DNA of 64,000 bases from Candidatus Oleimmundimicrobium americanum (GTDB taxonomy: Bacteria; Actinomycetota; Aquicultoria; UBA3085; Oleimmundimicrobiaceae): assembly GCA_002366545.1 (NCBI GenBank), contig DFBH01000074.1, positions 1,033 through 65,032 of the forward strand, in the 5' to 3' direction. Shown here one piece after another: positions 58,454 through 64,000 of this stretch. Position numbers and translations under genes: made by a program. Every line of letters begins with the position of its first letter. The stretch's first letter is position 1. Below the pieces are notes generated by a model. That model was not told the DNA's origin and searched no databases. It worked only from the letters and a program-made list of their open reading frames with translations.

Positions 58454-59661
58454 GTTAATACCTCCACTTCTTTAAGCCCAAGGTAATCAAAAGTCTTCTT
58501 AACTTTTCCGGTCTTTGCAACATCCATTAATACATCAAATGCTCTCTTTGCATCCTGTAACGTATACTCCCTACCTCCAAGACCGTATATAAAATTAATC
58601 ACCTTTGGTCTAACCTCTAAATCAAAAAGAGTGGCTTTAACTTCACTAAAGAGTGGCCCGACTGACCCAAAAGATAGTGCTCTATCCAGAACAGCCACCG
58701 CTTTTAAGTGTTTTAGAGCGTTGACAAGCTCTTCTGCCGGGAAAGGTCTGAAAACTCTGAGCTTAAGTAATCCCACCGGAACCCCTTTGGCTCGAAGCTC
58801 GTCTACCACGTGTCTCGTGGTGCCAGCCGAGGAATTCAACGTAACGATGGCAACCTCCGCATCATCTAACATATACTCCTCGAAGAATCCATATTTTCTG
58901 CCGGAAATTTTGGCAAATTCATCGGCCACCTCTAAAATAACGCTCTTTGCTCTTTCCATTGCATCGGCCTGATTTTTTTTGTGCTCCATAAAAAAACCTC
59001 CGAGACCGTCAAACGGCCCGTAGGTTACAGGGTTATCAATATCTAAGAGAGGCATAAATGGTTCGCGCTCTCCAACAAAATTCTTAACCTTCTCATCTTC
59101 GATAAACTCGGCCTTCTGAATCCCGTGGCTTATAATAAAGCCATCCATATTTACCATCACAGGAAGCAAAACCTTCCTGTTTTCAGCGATACGTATCGCT
59201 TGGATAGTATTATCATACGCCTCTTGAGCATCCTCGGAATAAAGCTGTATCCAGCTCGTGTCTCTTGCTCCCATGCTATCGCTGTGGTCACAGTGAATGT
59301 TAATTGGAGCACTCAAAGCCCTGTTGACGTTAAACATCGCAATTGGAAGCCTCATCCCGGATGCAATATAGAGCATCTCATGCATCAAGGCTAACCCCTG
59401 AGAAGAAGTCGCCGTCATGACGCGAGCCCCCGCAGCAGAAGCGCCTATACAGTTGCTCATGGATGAATGTTCGCTTTCCACGGTCACACACTCCGTATCA
59501 ACCAAACCATTGGCGGCAAACTTTGAAAAACCCTCAACGATGGCAGTTTGGGGAGTTATGGGATAAATACTAAGGATATCTGGATTTATTTGCCTCATCG
59601 CTTCAGCTACAGCTCCATTGCCCGTCGTGGCCACAATTCTTTTTTTGCTCATAATCTTCAC
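58450..59661 (-). CDS. porA: 2-oxoacid:ferredoxin oxidoreductase alpha subunit
   Basis: PFOR alpha domain I/II architecture with a 4-nt overlap with porB. Confidence 0.85.
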   Translation of the reverse strand: MKIMSKKRIVATTGNGAVAEAMRQINPDILSIYPITPQTAIVEGFSKFAANGLVDTECVTVESEHSSMSNCIGASAAGARVMTATSSQGLALMHEMLYIASGMRLPIAMFNVNRALSAPINIHCDHSDSMGARDTSWIQLYSEDAQEAYDNTIQAIRIAENRKVLLPVMVNMDGFIISHGIQKAEFIEDEKVKNFVGEREPFMPLLDIDNPVTYGPFDGLGGFFMEHKKNQADAMERAKSVILEVADEFAKISGRKYGFFEEYMLDDAEVAIVTLNSSAGTTRHVVDELRAKGVPVGLLKLRVFRPFPAEELVNALKHLKAVAVLDRALSFGSVGPLFSEVKATLFDLEVRPKVINFIYGLGGREYTLQDAKRAFDVLMDVAKTGKVKKTFDYLGLKEVEVLT

Positions 59662-59937
59662 CTACCCTTCCACCATTTTAATCACGTCGAAAGGGCACTC
59701 CGTGGCGCAAATTCCGCACCCTTTGCAATAATCCATATCAATCCCTCTCACCTTACCGTCTTTTACTAAAATCGCGCCTTCAGGACAAGATATCCAACAA
59801 ATTAAACACTGCTTGCATTTTTCTTCATTCCACTTAGGAGCTTTCGAGCGCCAGCCACCTGTTTTATACTCCCTCGCTGTACCGCTTTTAGGAATAATTG
59901 CACCTGGCATAAGTTTGTTTGCCTGCCAATCTTTCAT
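59662..59937 (-). CDS. porD: 2-oxoacid:ferredoxin oxidoreductase delta subunit (2x[4Fe-4S] ferredoxin)
   Basis: 'CKQCLICWISCP' and 'CKGCGICATECP'. Confidence 0.85.
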   Translation of the reverse strand: MKDWQANKLMPGAIIPKSGTAREYKTGGWRSKAPKWNEEKCKQCLICWISCPEGAILVKDGKVRGIDMDYCKGCGICATECPFDVIKMVEG

Positions 59938-60506
59938 TCGCCCCTCACCCTCTCATAGGCTCGCCTAATCGCTTCTATATTCCCTTCGAGAATCTTTTGA
60001 TTAAACTTTTTGCCAAAAGTCTTAGCAAAATGACTGGTCACATCCTCAAGAGGAGCCATACCTGTAATTTTTATAAGCGCACCGATCATTGGAGTATTGG
60101 GGATTGGTCTGCCCAATGTATCTATTGCAATTGAAGTTGCATTGATGGCGTAGACCTTTCCTTTTTTTATGCCCAGTCTTTTTCTTACATCTGTAGGATC
60201 ATCATCAGTATTTACCAAAATTACGCCATCATCCGATAGCCCTTTAGCAACCTTAACAACATCCAACAAGGTTTCATCTAAAACCACAACTATATCGGGA
60301 TTTTTGACTCCACAGTAAATACTGATTGGAGCGGATGATATTCTTGTAAAGGCCTTAATGGGGGCTCCCATTCTTTCTGGGCCATATTCTGGAAAAGCCT
60401 GGATGTCTTTCCCGCTGGCAAGTGCCACTTCTGCCAAAAACTTAGCGGCCGTAACCGCACCTTGGCCTCCACGCGCATGCCACCGAATTTCGGTACATTT
60501 CTCCAC
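59934..60506 (-). CDS. porG: 2-oxoacid:ferredoxin oxidoreductase gamma subunit
   Basis: 'IRWHARGGQG' is the gamma signature. The probable GTG start at 60506 is preceded by AAAGGGG. The TTG start at 60584 in the ORF track would read through the recR terminator. Confidence 0.7.
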   Translation of the reverse strand: MEKCTEIRWHARGGQGAVTAAKFLAEVALASGKDIQAFPEYGPERMGAPIKAFTRISSAPISIYCGVKNPDIVVVLDETLLDVVKVAKGLSDDGVILVNTDDDPTDVRKRLGIKKGKVYAINATSIAIDTLGRPIPNTPMIGALIKITGMAPLEDVTSHFAKTFGKKFNQKILEGNIEAIRRAYERVRGE

Positions 60507-60562
60507 TTCTGCACCCCTTTCTCTCTTTTTAAGACAACAAAAAAAATATACTCCAAACAAAA

Positions 60563-60614
60563 GAAAAAAACCGTTGATTTTCAATAAGTGGTCAGTTTAC
60601 GGCAATCAACGGTT
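60563..60614 (-). terminator. rho-independent terminator after recR
   Basis: Perfect 11-bp inverted repeat AACCGTTGATT...AATCAACGGTT, followed on the minus strand by TTTTTTTC. Confidence 0.55.
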
Positions 60615-60634
60615 AATTTTTCAACCCGTTTGGT

Positions 60635-61258
60635 TTACATTTCCCTTCTTCCTTCTAACGCCTTGCCGAGAGTAACCTCATCCGCATATTCTAAATCTCC
60701 CCCAACCGGCAAGCCACTCGCTATTCTGGTAACCATAATTCCAAGCGGCTTAACCAGTCTAGCAATATACATCGCTGTAGCTTCGCCTTCAATGTTGGGA
60801 TTTGTCGCAAGGATTATTTCTCTAACCTTATCATCTTTAAGACGATCTAAAAGTTCCTTTATTCTCAAATCGCCGGGGCCAATCCCATCAATAGGGGAAA
60901 CAACACCTTCCAGAACGTGATAGCGTCCCCTATAGTTACCCGCCCTCTCCAGAGCAATAATGTCACGCGGTTCCCCAACCACACAGAGCAACGAATCATC
61001 TCTGTTGGTGTCGCGGCACAATTCACACACATCCCCTTCGGTAATATTGAAACAAATCTTGCAAAACTTTATCTTGTTTTTAACATCAACAATAGCATCA
61101 GATAATTTTTTGGCCTCCTCCGGAGAAACTTTTAAAAGATGAAAAGCCAATCTTTGAGCAGATTTAGGACCAATGCTCGGAAGTTTTGTTAGCTCCTCAA
61201 TTAAAACCGCAACAGGTGCTGCGTAATACACAAAATCACTCCTTTGGCTGTTGGCCAT
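60635..61258 (-). CDS. recR: recombination protein RecR
   Basis: C4 zinc finger '[16 protein letters not shown]', a Toprim domain, and an HhH N-terminus. Confidence 0.9.
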   Translation of the reverse strand: MANSQRSDFVYYAAPVAVLIEELTKLPSIGPKSAQRLAFHLLKVSPEEAKKLSDAIVDVKNKIKFCKICFNITEGDVCELCRDTNRDDSLLCVVGEPRDIIALERAGNYRGRYHVLEGVVSPIDGIGPGDLRIKELLDRLKDDKVREIILATNPNIEGEATAMYIARLVKPLGIMVTRIASGLPVGGDLEYADEVTLGKALEGRREM

Positions 61259-61290
61259 TAGTCATTTAGTCGGTAGTCTCTTAGTGGGGA

Positions 61291-61395
61291 GTTATCTGGT
61301 TCTTTAGTTTCTTGGCTACGTGGCTACGTGGTTTCTAAGTCGCTATGTTGCTATGTCGCCAGCTCTCTTCCCCTTTTACCCATCACCCTTATTTG
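61291..61395 (-). repeat. dispersed intergenic repeat element, copy 4 (between ybaB and recR)
   Basis: TTATCTGGTTCTTTAGTTTCTTGGCTACGTGGCTACGTGGTTTCTAAGTCGCTATGTTGCTATGTCGCCAG plus a flank, preceded by the TAGTCGGTAGTCTCTTAGTGGGGAG module. Confidence 0.7.
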
Positions 61396-61414
61396 CTATT
61401 CGCTGTCCGCAATA

Positions 61415-61723
61415 CTACATCAGGCCGGGTATCCCCATGCCACCAGTAACACTATTAAGTCTTTGTGCAGCCAAATCCCTGCTCTGCTGAAGAGCCTCAT
61501 TGGCAGCGGCAAGGACTAAATCTTGAAGCATGCCTACATCATCGGAGTCCACAACCTCGGAGTCGATCTTTACCTCAAGCAATTCTTGCTTTCCGTTCGC
61601 AACAACTTTAACAGCGCCACCTCCTGCACTTGCTTCAATCCGTTCACCGGCCAACTCTTCTTGAATTTTAGCCATTTCTTGCTGCATCTTTTTAGCCTGC
61701 TTCATCAACTTACCAACATCCAT
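61415..61723 (-). CDS. ybaB: YbaB/EbfC nucleoid-associated protein
   Basis: 'KLMKQAKKMQQEM...GGGAVKV...G.QE...I' signature in a 102-aa protein. It lies in the classic dnaX-ybaB-recR arrangement. Confidence 0.9.
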   Translation of the reverse strand: MDVGKLMKQAKKMQQEMAKIQEELAGERIEASAGGGAVKVVANGKQELLEVKIDSEVVDSDDVGMLQDLVLAAANEALQQSRDLAAQRLNSVTGGMGIPGLM

Positions 61724-61775
61724 AAATACATCTCTCCTTCGTTAAATTGGGATATTCTAAAAAATTGCTAACTTC

Positions 61776-63581
61776 TTAATGCTCGCCCGGACTATTTTCT
61801 TCAGTTATCTCCGCATCAAAATCTCGCTGTAACAAATCAACGATTTTCTCTCTATCCAATATTTCGTCGTCATCTTTTTTCTCTTCTTTTTGAATCGACG
61901 GACCGGGCGTACCGCCTTCCTCCAAAACACACTTTATTTTAGCCTTAAACCCCAAGACTTCTTCTAAAGACTTCCTTACAAACTCAAGGTTCTGAGATTT
62001 TTCAATCTCACCCTTGTGAAACCCCGCTCTCCGATTAAACTTAAGCACCAAGTTCGACTCCTCAACCTCAGCAGATTTACACTCGAGCAACAAGGCGTAA
62101 GTGGATATTTTCTTTTCCTTAACTTTGTTTAATATAACCGGCCAAGCACGCTTAACTTTGTCTGTGTTTATCAAGCTGCCATTCCCGCTTGGGCTTGGGC
62201 TTGGGCTTTTAACTTCCCCGTCCTCCATCTTTTTTTTCTCGCTTTTCGGTTTCGTGCCATCGCCCCTCGGTTTTTCACCTTGTTTTTTCTCTTCGTGCTT
62301 CAACTTTTCAGGTTTTTCTTTAGCATTGGAAGTAACTTTCGGGGTTCTCGTCTTCTCCTCCATTATAATTCGGTCAGTAACTTGTCCGCCTTTTAGATTC
62401 CCCGTTTCTTTTTTAATTGTCTTTGATTTCCGATCCACAATTATCCTCTCAAGCTCTTCAACCCGGCAAAGCAATCCTTCTAAAGATGAATCCATTTCAG
62501 GCCTTGTGAGTTTCATTAAAGTCATCTCCAACGCCAACCTTGCATCAGGGTCCCAGCGCATCTGACTGTGGGCAACACTTAAAACATCCAAAAACCGCAT
62601 TAACCCAGATTCTTGGAAACAAGCTGCCTGAGCTCCCATTTTCGCAAAAACTTCAGGTGTTACGTTAACTATCTCGTTTGCCTCATTGGCGTTCTTTATA
62701 ATAAAAAGAGCGCGAACGTATTCAATTAAATCTTTAGTAAACTGCCTTGGGTCCCTACCGTTTTCAACTAACCTCTCGACAAATTCAAAGATAGCGGTGG
62801 CGTCCCTCTTGAGCAAAATTTCTACGGTCTCAAAAAGGAGTTCTGCGTGACTCATACCCAATAAAGAAACTACATCGTCGACTTTTATCTCTTTACCTGT
62901 AAAAGAAGATAGCTGGTCCATCATTCCCAGAGCATCACGCAAACTACCCTGAGCATGTCTGGCAATCAGCGGTAAAGCCCTTTCTTCAACATTAATACCT
63001 TCGGTTTTAGCCACCTGCAACAACCTTACTACCATATCAGATGTATGGATTATCTTGAAGTCAAAACGCTGACAGCGAGAAAGAATCGTAGGCAAAACTT
63101 TGTGCGGCTCGGTTGTAGCTAAAACAAAAATCACGTGGGGAGGAGGTTCTTCCAGCGTTTTAAGAAGCGCGTTGAAGGCTTCACGAGTAAGCATGTGCAC
63201 TTCGTCAATTATATAAACCTTTACCCTGCCATCTGCGGGCAAAAAATGGATCTTTTCTCTTAGATTGCGAATTTCATCAATTCCCCGATTGGAAGCGGCG
63301 TCTATCTCAAAAACATCGACAAAACTTCCACTATTAATTTGAAGGCAAGCGTTGCACTTGTTACAGGGAATTGGCGTGGGGCCCTTTTCACAATTAAGCG
63401 CCTTAGCTAAAATTTTAGCGACGCTTGTCTTTCCTGTTCCCCTCGGACCGCAAAAAAGGTAGGCATGAGATATCATATTTCGCTTCAACGCATTAGATAA
63501 CGTGTGCGTGATATGGTCCTGACCAACCACTTCTTCAAAAGTCTGAGGACGATATTTTCTATAAAGAGAAACGTAAGACAC
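61776..63581 (-). CDS. dnaX: DNA polymerase III subunit gamma/tau
   Basis: 'YRKYRPQTF..VVGQ', 'GPRGTGKTS' Walker A, 'CNKCNAC' Zn module, and 'SRCQRFDF' sensor 2. Confidence 0.9.
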   Translation of the reverse strand: MSYVSLYRKYRPQTFEEVVGQDHITHTLSNALKRNMISHAYLFCGPRGTGKTSVAKILAKALNCEKGPTPIPCNKCNACLQINSGSFVDVFEIDAASNRGIDEIRNLREKIHFLPADGRVKVYIIDEVHMLTREAFNALLKTLEEPPPHVIFVLATTEPHKVLPTILSRCQRFDFKIIHTSDMVVRLLQVAKTEGINVEERALPLIARHAQGSLRDALGMMDQLSSFTGKEIKVDDVVSLLGMSHAELLFETVEILLKRDATAIFEFVERLVENGRDPRQFTKDLIEYVRALFIIKNANEANEIVNVTPEVFAKMGAQAACFQESGLMRFLDVLSVAHSQMRWDPDARLALEMTLMKLTRPEMDSSLEGLLCRVEELERIIVDRKSKTIKKETGNLKGGQVTDRIIMEEKTRTPKVTSNAKEKPEKLKHEEKKQGEKPRGDGTKPKSEKKKMEDGEVKSPSPSPSGNGSLINTDKVKRAWPVILNKVKEKKISTYALLLECKSAEVEESNLVLKFNRRAGFHKGEIEKSQNLEFVRKSLEEVLGFKAKIKCVLEEGGTPGPSIQKEEKKDDDEILDREKIVDLLQRDFDAEITEENSPGEH

Positions 63582-63664
63582 TAAATCTTACACCACCTGA
63601 AAGAGGATATTTTATCAAAAGATAGCACAAATAAAACAAAATTTCACCAATCACATAAAGCAAA

Positions 63665-64000
63665 CTACTCGAGTGGCATGAAAAAGATAAATAGGAGTGC
63701 TGCAAGCAATGCCGTTAACCCACCATAAACAAAAGGCGCCGATGGCCCCACGTATGTCCAGAGCAACCCGGCAATTAAACTAGCCGCAAGTGTTACCAAC
63801 CCCACCGCTGTATGATAAAGGCCGAGCGCCATACCCCTGTTCTCCGGCTCTGCCATATCAGTTACCAAAGCCCGGCTCACACCCTCTGTGGCTGCAATAT
63901 ACACACCGTATATGGCAAAAAGCGGCCAAATGTAAACGGATTTAGATACAAGAGCGAGGGCAAAATAGACCATCGAAAAGATAAGAAACCCGCCAACCAT
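63665..64000 (-). CDS. MFS transporter, C-terminal fragment (N-terminus beyond window)
   Basis: Hydrophobic TM helices with an MFS-like loop 'TDMAEPENRGMALGLY'. The ORF is open to the window edge. Confidence 0.45.
   Translation of the reverse strand: MVGGFLIFSMVYFALALVSKSVYIWPLFAIYGVYIAATEGVSRALVTDMAEPENRGMALGLYHTAVGLVTLAASLIAGLLWTYVGPSAPFVYGGLTALLAALLFIFFMPLE

Noticed and set aside
60507-60584. TTG-initiated N-terminal extension of porG (ORF-track start at 60584)
   Set aside because: The extension overlaps the recR terminator hairpin and T-run. It translates to a hydrophobic low-complexity peptide (FFLLFGVYFFCC). A GTG start at 60506 with an upstream AAAGGGG fits the PorG N-terminal consensus.
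1-64000. tRNA / rRNA / tmRNA / RNase P genes
   Set aside because: No GTTCGAATCC-type T-arm plus acceptor pattern, no rRNA-like conserved blocks, and no RNase P or tmRNA consensus boxes were recognised by eye. A tRNAscan or Infernal run would be needed to be certain.

Overview
This 64-kb window is low-GC bacterial DNA from an anaerobe, dominated by a near-complete Wood-Ljungdahl (reductive acetyl-CoA) gene set. Most of it sits on the minus strand between about 12.1 kb and 44.8 kb. In transcription order (high to low coordinates): fhs, RACo/acsV-like, cooC, folD, acsD, a NuoE/NuoF/ferredoxin/NuoG-like module, acsA (CODH), acsB (ACS), acsC, two hdrA-like genes, mvhD, metV, metF, hdrC, hdrB, a MetE-like Zn methyltransferase, a second cooC, nuoE-like, acsE, nuoF-like, a CBS protein, and a selenocysteine (in-frame UGA) formate dehydrogenase alpha subunit. 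Immediately upstream lies a LytS/LytTR two-component system. Downstream of the WL block are a split chrA pair, a sensory [FeFe]-hydrogenase-like protein fused to a GGDEF domain, an HD-GYP/GAF/HAMP signalling protein, asd, lysC, a CDF transporter, a porGDAB 2-oxoacid:ferredoxin oxidoreductase operon, recR, ybaB and dnaX. The 5' end carries housekeeping genes: a rhomboid fragment, an L,D-transpeptidase, an EF-G paralogue, lysE-like, DUF1015, a DUF2207 membrane protein, a lipid kinase and plsY. No CRISPR array, tRNA, rRNA or transposase was recognised. The least expected content is non-coding. Several intergenic regions are built from a shared set of short low-complexity 'word' modules. Within them, a roughly 100-nt dispersed element occurs four times, always in the same orientation relative to local transcription, and a conserved GC-rich hairpin sits directly after three stop codons. 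A roughly 170-nt GC-rich island with nested helices may be a structured ncRNA.
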